The notes under the pieces were generated by a model. The model searched no databases. It saw only the letters and a list, made by a program, of their open reading frames with translations, and was not told the DNA's origin. A program made the position numbers and the translations under genes. From Clostridia bacterium (lineage in GTDB: Bacteria; Bacillota; Clostridia; Oscillospirales; CAG-272), in contig JAFTVG010000021.1 in the NCBI GenBank assembly GCA_017465885.1, positions 46,500 to 110,499 of the forward strand: 64,000 nucleotides of DNA, read 5' to 3'. This document shows positions 28,511-38,860 of this stretch, piece after piece. Position 1 is the stretch's first letter; the number at the start of each line of letters is the position of its first letter.

Positions 28511-28605
28511 GTCGGGGCTCTGCCCCGACACCCCGTCCAAGGCGCTGCCTTGGAAAACCGCCAATCCCTTTTTGTAAAAAGGGATTGGATCCCCAAAAAC
28601 TTTTG
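28511..28605 (-). repeat. REP-like family 1, copy 4 (two terminal hairpins)
   Basis: Minus strand: CAAAAGTTTTTGGGG, CCAATCCC-TTTTTACAAAAA-GGGATTGG, TCCAAGGC-AGC-GCCTTGGA, GTCGGGGC-AGA-GCCCCGAC. Confidence 0.8.
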
Positions 28606-28722
28606 ATGGGTTTTCTATGGGAATTTGAAAAAAATTGCGATACGGGATCTGAAAATTTGTTACGGCATACCCAAGTCCTTCCCAAAGTTTCTTGGCGCGG
28701 CTACAAAATACACCAACTCCGT

Positions 28723-28792
28723 CCGAAGTTTTTGAAGTTCCAAGAAACTTTTTGGGGAAAGTTTCTTGGCGGGGCTTGGGGCAGCGCCCCAA
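28723..28792 (+). repeat. REP-like family 1, copy 5
   Basis: CCGAAGTTTTTGAAG, CCAAGAAAC-TTTTTGGGGAAA-GTTTCTTGG, TTGGGGC-AGC-GCCCCAA. Confidence 0.72.
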
Positions 28793-28862
28793 TATAAATA
28801 TAATTATTAAAATTTAGGTTTTATATACCGAGAACGCACCTGAAGTGCAAAGGAAGAGAAAA

Positions 28863-31800
28863 ATGAATAACGAAGTGAATTTTTTCACGCTGTTTAAGCG
28901 TTTTGAGCCGACAGAGGAGCAAAGGGCTCTTTTGTTGCAGGCAACCGATATCCATCGACAGATCGACAAGGTAAACCGTCGGGTAAAGGTACGCTTTTTT
29001 CTGCCGCAGACGGCAGAAAAGGAGCTTCTTTACGGGATCGAGCAGGGGATTGCGGCTGCATACGAGCTAAACGGCGTTTTTTTGATGCCCCACTATCCCG
29101 CAGAATGCTTCAAGGAAGAGTATTTTCGCCAGATCGTGAAGGAATCGGAGCGGGTGGGCAGCGTTTCAAGAGGATTTTTTGACGAATACACCTACGATTT
29201 TGACGTCGCCAAGCGGGAGATCCTTTTGCACCTTCCTTGGGGGACGGGCGGAGTCAGCCTGCTTCAAAGAGCCAAGATCTGCGAAACGCTGGAGCAGATC
29301 ATCGAAAGCGAGTTTGGGTTGCGCTACGAGGTGCGCATCAAGCAGGGAAAGAGTGCCGAAAAGGAATACGAGGACTACTCGGCAGACCAAAAAAGCCGTC
29401 TGAAGGAAATGATGAAGGGGGGCTTTGCCGCACCCATTCAGGTGGACGCCCCTCCGCCATCGGGCGGATTCGGGGGAGGGTACGGCGGCGGATACGGCGG
29501 CAAAAAAGAGGAAGCTCCTGCCGCAGAGCCCCGCTTTGCCACCGTGATCAAGGGGGAGGCAAGCGATCCCGAGGAGCTATCGGCAGGCGTTTACAGAGTG
29601 GGACACCTGACCCTTGACGTAAACGAAGCCGAGTCGCTTTACGGGCAGGACGAGCCCCCCTTCAAGATCACCCCCACCGCTCTTTGCAGACTGACCGAGC
29701 AGATGCGGAACGTGACGGTGTTGGGGCAGATCGACAGCTACGAATCAAAGCTGACCAAGGGCGAGGCGCGCATCATCATGACCATCGGACTGACCGACTA
29801 CGTCAGCTCGGTGACCGTCAAGCTGGTGGTGGACAACGACGAGGAGGGCAAAGCCCTTGACAAGACCTTTTCAAAGGCGGGCAAGACCATTCGCAGAGGC
29901 GTGCAGACTATGGTCACCGTCTATAATCTCTGTCTTGCGGTGACGGGCAACTACAAGGCTGACCGCTTTGACAAGAGCGGCGAGGTGGTGCTGGACGCCA
30001 CCCGCATTTTAAAGATCAAAAAGGTGAAAAAGACCGACGACGCTCCCGAAAAGCGAGTGGAGCTGCACTTACATACCAATCTTTCCACCATGGACGCCCT
30101 GATCATCCCCGAGTTTCTTGTGGAAACGGTGAAGGATTGGGGGTGGGACACCATCGCGGTCACCGACCACGGAAACGTCCAGTCCTATCCGCTGATGCTG
30201 GACAACACCGTGAAGACCGACATCAAGGTGCTTTACGGAATGGAAGCCTATTTTGTGGACGATACGGCGCGCGCCGCCTACGGAAACGCCGTGGGCTCCT
30301 TTGAGGACAGCGAATTCGTGGTCTTCGACATTGAGACCACCGGTCTTTCCGCCGCAAGCTGTGCCATCACCGAGATCGGCGGGGTGCTGATCAAAAACGG
30401 GCAGGTGCTTGACCGCTTTTCCACCTTCGTAGACCCCAAAACGCCCATTCCCGAGCATATCGTCAAGTTAACGGGCATCACCGACGAAATGGTGCAGGGG
30501 GCGCCCGGGGAAGAGGAGGCGGTGAGAGCCTTCCTTGAATTCGCGGGCGATCGAATGCTCATTGCCCACAACGCCAATTTTGATACCGGCTTTATCCGCA
30601 GAGTGTGCGAGGAGCATCATATCCCCTTTGAAAATGCCTATCTTGATACCGTTCCCCTGTCAAAGTACGTCAATCCTGACCTGAAAAAGCACAAGCTTGA
30701 CGTTCTTGCCGAGCATTACGGGCTGGGGGACTTTGACCATCACCGCGCCTTCGAGGATGCTGAGATGCTGTCGATGATCTTCTTTAAAATGTGCGAGCAG
30801 TTAAAGAGTGAGGGCATCTATACCTTGGAGCAGATGGCGCTGGGAATGAGCGACAAGGCAGACCCCAAAAAGCTGCCCACCTACCATATGATCATTTTTG
30901 CAAAGGATCTGGTGGGGCTCAAGAACCTTTATAAGATCGTTTCAAAAAGCTATCTTGACTACTTCCATAGAGTCCCCCGCGTGCCAAAGACGGTGCTTGA
31001 CAGCTACCGCGAGGGGCTGATCATCGGCTCTGCCTGCGAGGCGGGGCAGGTGTATAAGGCGATCCTTGAAAAAATGCCCTACGAGCACTTAAAGGAGATC
31101 GCCTCTTACTACGATTATCTGGAGATCCAGCCGCTGATCAACAACCGCTTTATGATCGCCAACGGCACGGTGTCCTCTGACGAAGAATTGATGGACATCA
31201 ACCGCCGCATTTGCGCACTGGGCGAGGAGATCGGCAAGCCCGTGGTTGCCACCTGCGACGTCCACTTTTTGAAGAAAGAGGACGATATCTACCGTCAGAT
31301 CCTGCAGGCGGGTATGAAGTACAGCGACTACGACCGCGATTCGGGTCTGTATCTGCGAACCACCAAGGAGATGCTGGAGGAATTTGCCTATCTGGGCGAA
31401 GAAAAGGCGTACGAGGTGGTGGTGACCAACACCAGAGCCATTGCCGACAGCATCGAGAAGATCCGTCCCATTCCCGACGGTACCTTCACCCCCAAGATGG
31501 AGGGTGCGGAGGAGGATCTGCAAAGTATGTGCTGGGAGCGGGCGAAAAAGATGTACGAGCACGAGGGGGTCATCCCGCCTCAGGTGTCGGTGCGTCTGGA
31601 AAGGGAGCTGCAGTCCATCATCAAGCACGGCTTTGCGGTGCTTTATATGATCGCCCAAAAGCTGGTGTGGTATTCGGAAAAGGAGGGGTATCTGGTGGGC
31701 TCCCGCGGCTCGGTGGGCTCGTCCTTTGTTGCCACCATGGCGGGCATTTCGGAGGTAAATCCTCTGCCCCCCCACTATTACTGCCCCGATTGCCGCTATT

Positions 31801-33368
31801 CTCAGTTCATTGAGGACGGGTCGGTCGGCTCGGGCTTCGATCTGCCTACCGCCTACTGCCCCAAGTGCGGAGCAAAGCTTTGTCAGGACGGTCAGGACAT
31901 CCCCTTTGAGACCTTCCTTGGCTTCCACGGCGACAAATCTCCCGATATCGACCTCAATTTCTCGGGCGAGGTGCAGGGCAGGGTGCATAAGTACACCGAG
32001 GAGCTGTTCGGCAAGGAAAACGTCTTCCGCGCGGGTACCCTTGGTACCCTTGCTTCAAAGACCGCATACGGCTACGTGATGAAATATCTGGAGGAGAAGG
32101 GGATCAAGGCAAACAAAGCCGAGATCAACCGTCTGGTAAACGGCTGTGTGGGCGTGAAGCGCACTACCGGTCAGCACCCCGGCGGTATCGTGGTCATCCC
32201 CAGAGAATACGACGTTTACGATTTCACCCCCGTTCAGCATCCCGCAGACGACCCCAATTCGGATATCGTCACAACCCACTTCGCCTTCGCCTTCCTGCAC
32301 GATACCATCTTGAAGCTTGACGAGCTGGGGCACGATATTCCCACCAAATATAAGTGGCTTGAGCGCTATACGGGGCTGAGCGTTATGGACGTGCCCATGA
32401 ACGCCCCCGAGGTCTACGAGCTGTTTACCTCGGTTGCTCCGCTGGGCTTGAAGAAGGGCGACATCGACACCGACATCGGCACTTACGCCCTGCCTGAGTT
32501 TGGCACCCGCTTTTCTCAAAAGATGCTGGAGGAGGCACAGCCCAAGTGCTTTGCAGACCTTCTTCAGATCTCGGGTCTTTCCCACGGCACCGACGTGTGG
32601 ACGGGCAACGCCCAGGATCTGATCAAGGACGGTACCTGCACCATTTCGCAGGTCATCGGATGTCGGGACAATATTATGATCGACCTGATCCGCTACGGTC
32701 TTGACAACGCCGAGTCCTTCAAAATTATGGAAAGCGTGCGCAAGGGCAAGGGGCTCACTTCCGAGTGGGAGGAGCATATGCGGGAGCATAACGTGCCCGA
32801 TTGGTACATTGCCTCCTGCAAAAAGATCAAATATATGTTCCCCAAAGCCCACGCCGCGGCGTACGTGATGTCGGCAATCCGCCTTGGCTGGTTCAAGATC
32901 CATAAGCCTCTTGAATTTTACGCCGCCTTCTTCTCGGTCGCACCCGGTGGATTTGACGGCGAGGTGGTGTCGGGAGGTAAGGAGCGGGTGCAGGCGCTGA
33001 TGCGGGAGATCGACGAAAAGATCCGCAAGAAGGAGGACAACCAGAAGGACAAGGAAACCATGTCCACCATGCAGCTCGTTCTTGAAAGCATGGCAAGGGG
33101 CATCAAATATCTGCCCGTCCACCTTTACAAATCGGACGCCACCAGATTTTTGCCCGAGGATGGCAAGATCCGTATGCCCTTCAACTGTCTGCCGGGCTTA
33201 GGGGACTCTGCGGCGGAAAAGCTGGTGCAGGCAAGGGAGGAGGGCGAGTTCTTCTCAAAGCAGGAGCTTCAGGAGCGGTCAAAAGCCACCAAGGCGGTCA
33301 TGGAGCTGCTGGAGCGCAACCACGCCCTGGACGGTCTTTCCGAAACCAACCAGATCACCCTCTTTTAA
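28863..33368 (+). CDS. polC: DNA polymerase III PolC-type
   Basis: PHP motif ELHLHT, exonuclease VVFDIETTG, GSRGSVGSS, PDIDLNF, YMFPKAHA. Confidence 0.97.
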   Translation: MNNEVNFFTLFKRFEPTEEQRALLLQATDIHRQIDKVNRRVKVRFFLPQTAEKELLYGIEQGIAAAYELNGVFLMPHYPAECFKEEYFRQIVKESERVGSVSRGFFDEYTYDFDVAKREILLHLPWGTGGVSLLQRAKICETLEQIIESEFGLRYEVRIKQGKSAEKEYEDYSADQKSRLKEMMKGGFAAPIQVDAPPPSGGFGGGYGGGYGGKKEEAPAAEPRFATVIKGEASDPEELSAGVYRVGHLTLDVNEAESLYGQDEPPFKITPTALCRLTEQMRNVTVLGQIDSYESKLTKGEARIIMTIGLTDYVSSVTVKLVVDNDEEGKALDKTFSKAGKTIRRGVQTMVTVYNLCLAVTGNYKADRFDKSGEVVLDATRILKIKKVKKTDDAPEKRVELHLHTNLSTMDALIIPEFLVETVKDWGWDTIAVTDHGNVQSYPLMLDNTVKTDIKVLYGMEAYFVDDTARAAYGNAVGSFEDSEFVVFDIETTGLSAASCAITEIGGVLIKNGQVLDRFSTFVDPKTPIPEHIVKLTGITDEMVQGAPGEEEAVRAFLEFAGDRMLIAHNANFDTGFIRRVCEEHHIPFENAYLDTVPLSKYVNPDLKKHKLDVLAEHYGLGDFDHHRAFEDAEMLSMIFFKMCEQLKSEGIYTLEQMALGMSDKADPKKLPTYHMIIFAKDLVGLKNLYKIVSKSYLDYFHRVPRVPKTVLDSYREGLIIGSACEAGQVYKAILEKMPYEHLKEIASYYDYLEIQPLINNRFMIANGTVSSDEELMDINRRICALGEEIGKPVVATCDVHFLKKEDDIYRQILQAGMKYSDYDRDSGLYLRTTKEMLEEFAYLGEEKAYEVVVTNTRAIADSIEKIRPIPDGTFTPKMEGAEEDLQSMCWERAKKMYEHEGVIPPQVSVRLERELQSIIKHGFAVLYMIAQKLVWYSEKEGYLVGSRGSVGSSFVATMAGISEVNPLPPHYYCPDCRYSQFIEDGSVGSGFDLPTAYCPKCGAKLCQDGQDIPFETFLGFHGDKSPDIDLNFSGEVQGRVHKYTEELFGKENVFRAGTLGTLASKTAYGYVMKYLEEKGIKANKAEINRLVNGCVGVKRTTGQHPGGIVVIPREYDVYDFTPVQHPADDPNSDIVTTHFAFAFLHDTILKLDELGHDIPTKYKWLERYTGLSVMDVPMNAPEVYELFTSVAPLGLKKGDIDTDIGTYALPEFGTRFSQKMLEEAQPKCFADLLQISGLSHGTDVWTGNAQDLIKDGTCTISQVIGCRDNIMIDLIRYGLDNAESFKIMESVRKGKGLTSEWEEHMREHNVPDWYIASCKKIKYMFPKAHAAAYVMSAIRLGWFKIHKPLEFYAAFFSVAPGGFDGEVVSGGKERVQALMREIDEKIRKKEDNQKDKETMSTMQLVLESMARGIKYLPVHLYKSDATRFLPEDGKIRMPFNCLPGLGDSAAEKLVQAREEGEFFSKQELQERSKATKAVMELLERNHALDGLSETNQITLF

Positions 33369-33370
33369 GA

Positions 33371-33410
33371 CAAAAAGCAGTGACCGAGCAAGGCTCGTCA
33401 CTGCTTTTTT
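33371..33410. terminator. Bidirectional terminator between polC and the ROK gene
   Basis: AAAAAGCAGTGAC...GTCACTGCTTTTTT. Confidence 0.75.
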
Positions 33411-33421
33411 GTTGTTTGGAT

Positions 33422-34378
33422 TCAGCGCATCCCCAGCGCCGCCGCGCCAACGATGCCCGCATTGTTGCCGAGGGTAGCAATGACCAGCTTGGTCTTCTTT
33501 GCGCTGGTCTTGGCGTACTGCTCAGCCATCACCTGCTTGTTCACGGGCAGGAGCAGATTGTCGCCCTGACCGCAAACGCCGCCGCCGATGCACAGTACCT
33601 CCGGCTGGAAGATGTTCACCATATTGGCAAGACCGCAGGCAAGGTAGTCCTGATATTTGGCGACCACTCTCTTTGCCGCCTCGTCTCCTGCCTTTGCCGC
33701 CTCGTAGGGGGTCAGTCCGTTGACCTCGTCGAGGGTGGGCGCAAGCTTCCACATTGCCGAATCGGGACACTTTTCCATTTCTTCCTTTGCCATACGGATC
33801 AGTCCCGTTGCCGAGGAATACTTTTCCCAGCAGCCCCTTCTTCCGCAGCCGCAGGGCACGCCGTCCTTTTCGATCACCGTGTGACCAAGCTCTGCCGCGG
33901 CAAAGTTGAAGCCGTCGTAGATCTTACCGTCGATCACGATGCCCCCGCCCACACCGGTGCCGAGGGTGATCATCAGGGCGTTTTTTGCCCCTCTTGCCGC
34001 ACCTGCCAGCACCTCTCCAAGGGCTGCCGCGTTGGCGTCGTTTTCCATATAGATGGGCTGATAGCCCCCCAGCTTTTCAGAGAGGATGGCTGCCATGGGA
34101 TAGTGGTTCATATTCATTCCGCAGTAGTATTCCACAACGCCGGTCTTGGAGTTGACCACGCCGGGGGAGGCGATGCCGATGGCGTCTACCTGAGAAAGAC
34201 CGATGCCCACCTTGTCCACCATCTTCAGACATAGGGTTGCCATATCGGCGACTATTTCGTCCACCGACCGCTCGTCCTTCTTCGTGGGCAGGGAGGATTT
34301 GTAAAGCACCTCTAAATGCTCGTTGACGATGCCGACGGCGATGTTGGTGCCGCCAAAATCAATACCGATTCTGTACAT
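33422..34378 (-). CDS. ROK-family sugar kinase (glucokinase-like)
   Basis: GIDFGGT, ENDANAAALGE, GTGVGGG, ELGH, CGCGRRGCWE. Confidence 0.93.
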   Translation of the reverse strand: MYRIGIDFGGTNIAVGIVNEHLEVLYKSSLPTKKDERSVDEIVADMATLCLKMVDKVGIGLSQVDAIGIASPGVVNSKTGVVEYYCGMNMNHYPMAAILSEKLGGYQPIYMENDANAAALGEVLAGAARGAKNALMITLGTGVGGGIVIDGKIYDGFNFAAAELGHTVIEKDGVPCGCGRRGCWEKYSSATGLIRMAKEEMEKCPDSAMWKLAPTLDEVNGLTPYEAAKAGDEAAKRVVAKYQDYLACGLANMVNIFQPEVLCIGGGVCGQGDNLLLPVNKQVMAEQYAKTSAKKTKLVIATLGNNAGIVGAAALGMR

Positions 34379-34418
34379 ATGTTCCTCTTTCCGTCCCGTT
34401 GCGGGGCATTTTATTGAT

Positions 34419-34859
34419 TTATTCGCCCTCTTCGGGGCGGATTTCTTCTTGTTTTTCTGCATTTTGGATGCTTTGGGGATGACCCTCGGGGAAGGCGAGG
34501 GCAAACAGCTCCTCTGCGCGGGCGGTCTTCCCTTCAAGCCAAAGGTATCCGAACAGCGCTTCAAAGCCGGTGGCGCGGCGGTATTCTCCCGTCCCCGCGC
34601 TCTTGGGCGCGCTGATGCCGTGGGCGTTGCGTCCTCTTTTGTAGACTGCCTCCTCCTCTTCATCAAGGTGGGGCAGGATCCTGTCCACCGCCTTGCTTTG
34701 CTCGGTGGCTTTCACGAAGGAGAGGGCAAGCTTGTTCATTTTTCCGCTCTGCGTCTGACCGCCTTCCACAAGCCGCCGTCTGACCAGCACCTCCAATACG
34801 GCGTCGCCCACGTAGGCAAGGGTGGCACCGGGAAGCATTTTGGGGTCGGGTGAGGACAT
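34419..34859 (-). CDS. mrnC: Mini-ribonuclease III
   Basis: LAYVGDAV, KRGRN, YRRATGFEALFGYL. Confidence 0.92.
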   Translation of the reverse strand: MSSPDPKMLPGATLAYVGDAVLEVLVRRRLVEGGQTQSGKMNKLALSFVKATEQSKAVDRILPHLDEEEEAVYKRGRNAHGISAPKSAGTGEYRRATGFEALFGYLWLEGKTARAEELFALAFPEGHPQSIQNAEKQEEIRPEEGE

Positions 34860-35139
34860 CTTTTTTCTCCTTCTCTTTCGGTAACTCTCCTTATATTATA
34901 GCAACGCCCGCCCCTTTTGTCAAGAAAAGGAAGGAAAATTCGGCGGTAATTCGAAAAAAAAGAAAAAAAGCGGGCGCACGCCCTCTCCTTTGTGAACTGG
35001 GATTTGATTTTTTTGCGAAAAAATGCAAATTTCCATAGAAAACTTCAAAAAAAGTGTTGTAATTGGAGGGATTTTGTGGTATCATATGGGGTGGAAGACT
35101 TAGTATCTATTCTAATTTTTATATACGAGGTGAATGAAC

Positions 35140-36450
35140 ATGTCCATGTACAACAAGAAAAGCATTCAGGACGTTGACGTAAAGGGCAAGAAGTGCCTGG
35201 TTCGTTGCGACTTCAACGTACCCATGAAGGACGGCGTGATCACCAGCGACAAGAGAATCGTTGGCGCTCTGCCCACCATCAAGTACCTGCTTGATAACGG
35301 CGCGGCTGTGATCCTTTGCTCTCATATGGGCAAGCCCCACAACGTGCTCAACGACAAGGTAAAGTTAAACAAGAAGGAAAAGGCAAAGGTGGAGGCTCTG
35401 CCCGAGGAGGAGCAGGCAGCCGCTACTGCAGAGCTTCTTGAAAAGGCAAAGAAGGATCTGACCAAGTTAAGCTTGAAGCCCGTTGCTGCAAGAATTTCCG
35501 AGCTGCTGGGCAAGGAAGTGAAGATGGCAAGCGACGTTGTAGGCGCTGACGCCAAGGCAAAGGCTGAGGCTCTTGCCTGCGGCGAGGTTCTGCTGCTGGA
35601 AAACGTTCGTTTCCACGCTGAGGAGACCAAGAACGACGCAGAGTTTGCCAAGGAGTTGGCTTCCATGGCTGAGCTTTACGTAAACGACGCATTCGGTACC
35701 GCACACCGTGCACACGCTTCCACCGCAGGCGTGGCAGATTACCTGCCCGCAGTTTGCGGCTACCTGATCGAGAAGGAGATCGGCGTGATGGGTAAGGCTC
35801 TGGAGAACCCCCAGAGACCCTTCGTTGCAATTCTGGGCGGCGCAAAGGTTTCCGACAAGCTCAAGGTCATCAACAACCTGCTGACCAAGGTAGACACCCT
35901 GATCATCGGCGGCGGTATGGCGTACACCTTCCTTGCTGCTAAGGGCTACGGCATCGGTACCTCTCTCTTTGAGGGCGAGCAGCTTGACTACTGCAAGGAA
36001 ATGCTCGCGAAGGCTGAGGAGAAGGGCGTAAAGCTTCTTCTGCCCGTTGACACCGTGGTTGCCTCCGCATTCCCCAACCCCATCGATGCTGAAATCGAGA
36101 CCGAGACCGTATCCTCCGATGCAATTCCCGCAGACAAGATGGGTCTGGACATCGGCGCAAAGACCAAGGAGCTGTTTGCCGCTGAGATTGCAAACGCCAA
36201 GACCGTTGTATGGAACGGCCCCATGGGCGTGTTCGAGAACCCCGTTCTTGCACAGGGCACCATCGCTTTAGCACAGGCACTGGCTGACTCCGACTGCGTT
36301 TCCATCGTAGGCGGCGGTGACTCGGCAGCAGCTTGCGAGCAGTTCGGCTTTGCAGACAGAATCACCCACATCTCCACCGGCGGCGGCGCGTCCCTTGAGT
36401 TCCTCGAGGGTCTGGATCTGCCCGGTATCGCGGCGCTCAACGACAAATAA
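35140..36450 (+). CDS. pgk: Phosphoglycerate kinase
   Basis: [35 protein letters not shown]. Confidence 0.97.
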   Translation: MSMYNKKSIQDVDVKGKKCLVRCDFNVPMKDGVITSDKRIVGALPTIKYLLDNGAAVILCSHMGKPHNVLNDKVKLNKKEKAKVEALPEEEQAAATAELLEKAKKDLTKLSLKPVAARISELLGKEVKMASDVVGADAKAKAEALACGEVLLLENVRFHAEETKNDAEFAKELASMAELYVNDAFGTAHRAHASTAGVADYLPAVCGYLIEKEIGVMGKALENPQRPFVAILGGAKVSDKLKVINNLLTKVDTLIIGGGMAYTFLAAKGYGIGTSLFEGEQLDYCKEMLAKAEEKGVKLLLPVDTVVASAFPNPIDAEIETETVSSDAIPADKMGLDIGAKTKELFAAEIANAKTVVWNGPMGVFENPVLAQGTIALAQALADSDCVSIVGGGDSAAACEQFGFADRITHISTGGGASLEFLEGLDLPGIAALNDK

Positions 36451-36590
36451 TCGTTAAATAGCCCCGAAATTCCCCGAAAAAGAGCCAAAAAGGGCTCAAA
36501 CAAGATATTTTCATTCGCCTTCGGGTGCAACTGTACCCGAAGGCAGAATGTTGCATAATGCATTTTTCATAAACGAAAGGAATTCTAAAT

Positions 36591-37358
36591 ATGAGCAGCA
36601 GAAGAAGAAGAAAGGTTATTGCAGGCAACTGGAAGATGAATATGACTCCCGGTGCCGCAAAGGAACTGATCACCGACATTTACTCCAAGGTGAAGGGCAA
36701 GAAGGGCTGTGACGTTGTGGTTTGCGTACCCTACGTTGACATCCCCACCGTGGCACAGGTCGTGAAGGGCACCATCATCAAGGTTGGCGCACAGAACGTC
36801 CACTTTGCCGACAAGGGCGCTTACACCGGCGAGATCTCCGCAAGCATGCTGAAGGAATGCGGCGTGCAGTACGTCATCATCGGTCACTCCGAGAGAAGAC
36901 AGTACTTCGGCGAGACCGACGAGACTGTAAACCTGAGAACCAAGGCAGCCCTGGATGCAGGTCTGACCGCGATCGTTTGCGTGGGCGAGCTCCTCTCCGA
37001 GAGAGAGAGCGGCATCACCGCTGAGGTCGTTTCCCGCCAGACCAAGCTTGCACTGCAGAACGTTCCCGCAGAGCAGATGGCAAACGTGATCATCGCTTAC
37101 GAGCCCGTATGGGCGATCGGTACCGGCAAGACCGCTACCAACGAAGAGGCTGACGAGGTTTGCGGCATCATCCGTTCGGTCGTTTCCCAGAAGTACGGCA
37201 AGCAGGTTGGCAAGCAGCTGATCGTGCAGTACGGCGGCTCTATGAACGCAAAGAACGCAGCCGGTCTGCTGGCTATGGAGAACATCGACGGCGGTCTGAT
37301 CGGCGGCGCTTCTCTGAAGGCAGAGGACTTCAACGTGATCGTTGAGGCTGCTCAGTAA
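36591..37358 (+). CDS. tpiA: Triosephosphate isomerase
   Basis: AGNWKM, GHSERR, AYEPVWAIGTG, GGASL. Confidence 0.98.
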   Translation: MSSRRRRKVIAGNWKMNMTPGAAKELITDIYSKVKGKKGCDVVVCVPYVDIPTVAQVVKGTIIKVGAQNVHFADKGAYTGEISASMLKECGVQYVIIGHSERRQYFGETDETVNLRTKAALDAGLTAIVCVGELLSERESGITAEVVSRQTKLALQNVPAEQMANVIIAYEPVWAIGTGKTATNEEADEVCGIIRSVVSQKYGKQVGKQLIVQYGGSMNAKNAAGLLAMENIDGGLIGGASLKAEDFNVIVEAAQ

Positions 37359-37372
37359 TTTCGATACTCATA

Positions 37373-37408
37373 AAAAAAGATGCCGTCCCGCGGGACGGCA
37401 TCTTTTTT
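37373..37408. terminator. Bidirectional terminator tpiA/spoVT
   Basis: AAAAAAGATGCCGTCCC-GC-GGGACGGCATCTTTTTT. Confidence 0.85.
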
Positions 37409-37416
37409 GTTTTCAT

Positions 37417-37968
37417 TCAGCTTTCAAGCTGCTTTCCAAGGAAGGTGGCGGCGGTGCGGATGAGAGACTGCTCCACCTCAGCAGAAACGGGAGAGGGGTC
37501 TGCGCCCTCGTTTTTTAAAGAGACCACCGCGCCGATCACGTCACCCTCGCAGAGGATGGGAGCGAAGACCGATACCTTGAAGGATGAGTGCCCTTCGGCG
37601 GTAAGCTCGAAGCGATCTTCGGGGGTGCAGGTAAGGAGGGTGCGTCCTTCCATTGCCTCCTCCCCTCGCTCGGACACTCTTTTTTCGGCAAATTCCTTCT
37701 TGGGAAGTCCTGCGGTGGCAACCACGGCGTCCTTGTCGCATATGGCGACCGACAGTCCTGCGGTTTTGAAGAGGGTGTCGGCGTACTGTCCCGCGAATTC
37801 ATTGAGCTCGCCCATCAGCGAATACTTCTTGAAGATGACCTCACCCTCCCGATCGGTGTAGATCTCCAGCGGGTCACCTTCTCTGATTCTCATTGTTCTT
37901 CTGATCTCCTTGGGGATGACCACTCTTCCAAGGTCGTCGATCCTTCTGACGATTCCTGTTGCTTTCAT
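37417..37968 (-). CDS. spoVT: Stage V sporulation protein T
   Basis: MKATGIVRRIDDLGRVVIPKEIRRTMRIREGDPLEI AbrB domain plus GAF-like C-terminus. Confidence 0.95.
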   Translation of the reverse strand: MKATGIVRRIDDLGRVVIPKEIRRTMRIREGDPLEIYTDREGEVIFKKYSLMGELNEFAGQYADTLFKTAGLSVAICDKDAVVATAGLPKKEFAEKRVSERGEEAMEGRTLLTCTPEDRFELTAEGHSSFKVSVFAPILCEGDVIGAVVSLKNEGADPSPVSAEVEQSLIRTAATFLGKQLES

Positions 37969-38147
37969 CTATATAAATCTCCTTTAAAACACAATAAACA
38001 CAGCGTTTGACAGACAAACGATAGCGGCAATTTTACTTGCAAGACTATTATCTGCAAATATGGCTGTTTTATCCTGTCGAAGGATAGGAAGATTTTTCAA
38101 AAAGGGAAGCGCCCCCTAAGAGAAAAGTCCGCAAGCGCAAAAACGGC

Positions 38148-38855
38148 TCACTTTAAGGAATATTCCTTTTCGTTGATCACAAGACACTGCTCGTTTTTCC
38201 AATAAAGCTCCATTGTCTCAAATTCCCACCATGCGCCCTTGTAGACAATCTGCGGATTCTTGGAGATTTTGAATAAAAAGAGGTCAAAGTCGCCTTTTTG
38301 ACTTTTTATCCGCACCAGCGTGTCTCCGCCCAAAGCGCCCTGTGAGGATTCGACGATCTGTGCCTGATAACTGCCGTCGGGTGAGTCCACCGACCGCACC
38401 ACCGAGTTTTCTCCAAGATTACCCAGTGTGAGTATAAACAGAAGAAAGAGGCACACGGGAACGGGAGTCAGCACGCCGAAGGCGAGGGACAGACCCTTGA
38501 GAACAAGGCTTTTTGTCCGCATTACTGTAGCGTAGCAGGCGCACCCGAAGGAAAGGAGCATACAGACCGCCACAGCCATATTACAGCACCGTGTCAGATA
38601 AAACAGCGGATTTACCGCAGAAAAAAGGAGGACCAATATACGCAAAGCATACTCTGCCCACGAGGAGCGCGCATTTTTGAAAACGGTTGCCAAAACAGCG
38701 TCGGCAAGGGCGGCAAGTGCTGTCGCTATGGCGAAGGCTGTGTAGTTACAAAGTTTGAAGGAGCAATCAAAAAGGGCACAGAGGAGCGCACCGCAGGGCA
38801 AGAGCAGGGTGAGGATTAGGCAAAACGATGGCAGAATCAAGAGGGTCTTTTTCAC
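38148..38855 (-). CDS. Hypothetical membrane protein with small extracellular beta domain
   Basis: ~5 TM helices followed by SPDGSYQA..SQGALGG motif; GTG start after AAGGAG. Confidence 0.72.
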   Translation of the reverse strand: MKKTLLILPSFCLILTLLLPCGALLCALFDCSFKLCNYTAFAIATALAALADAVLATVFKNARSSWAEYALRILVLLFSAVNPLFYLTRCCNMAVAVCMLLSFGCACYATVMRTKSLVLKGLSLAFGVLTPVPVCLFLLFILTLGNLGENSVVRSVDSPDGSYQAQIVESSQGALGGDTLVRIKSQKGDFDLFLFKISKNPQIVYKGAWWEFETMELYWKNEQCLVINEKEYSLK

Positions 38856-38860
38856 GTCGG

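Noticed and set aside
27416-28792. 458-aa minus-strand ORF and small ORFs over 28441-28797
   Set aside because: Antisense to ispG and read-through of palindromic repeats
29455-29510. Gly-rich GGGY repeat in PolC as an intein or insertion element
   Set aside because: Short low-complexity linker in the variable N-terminal region; no splicing motifs
33422-34666. 414-aa ROK ORF with long N-terminal extension
   Set aside because: The extension overlaps mrnC in another frame; the real start is 34378
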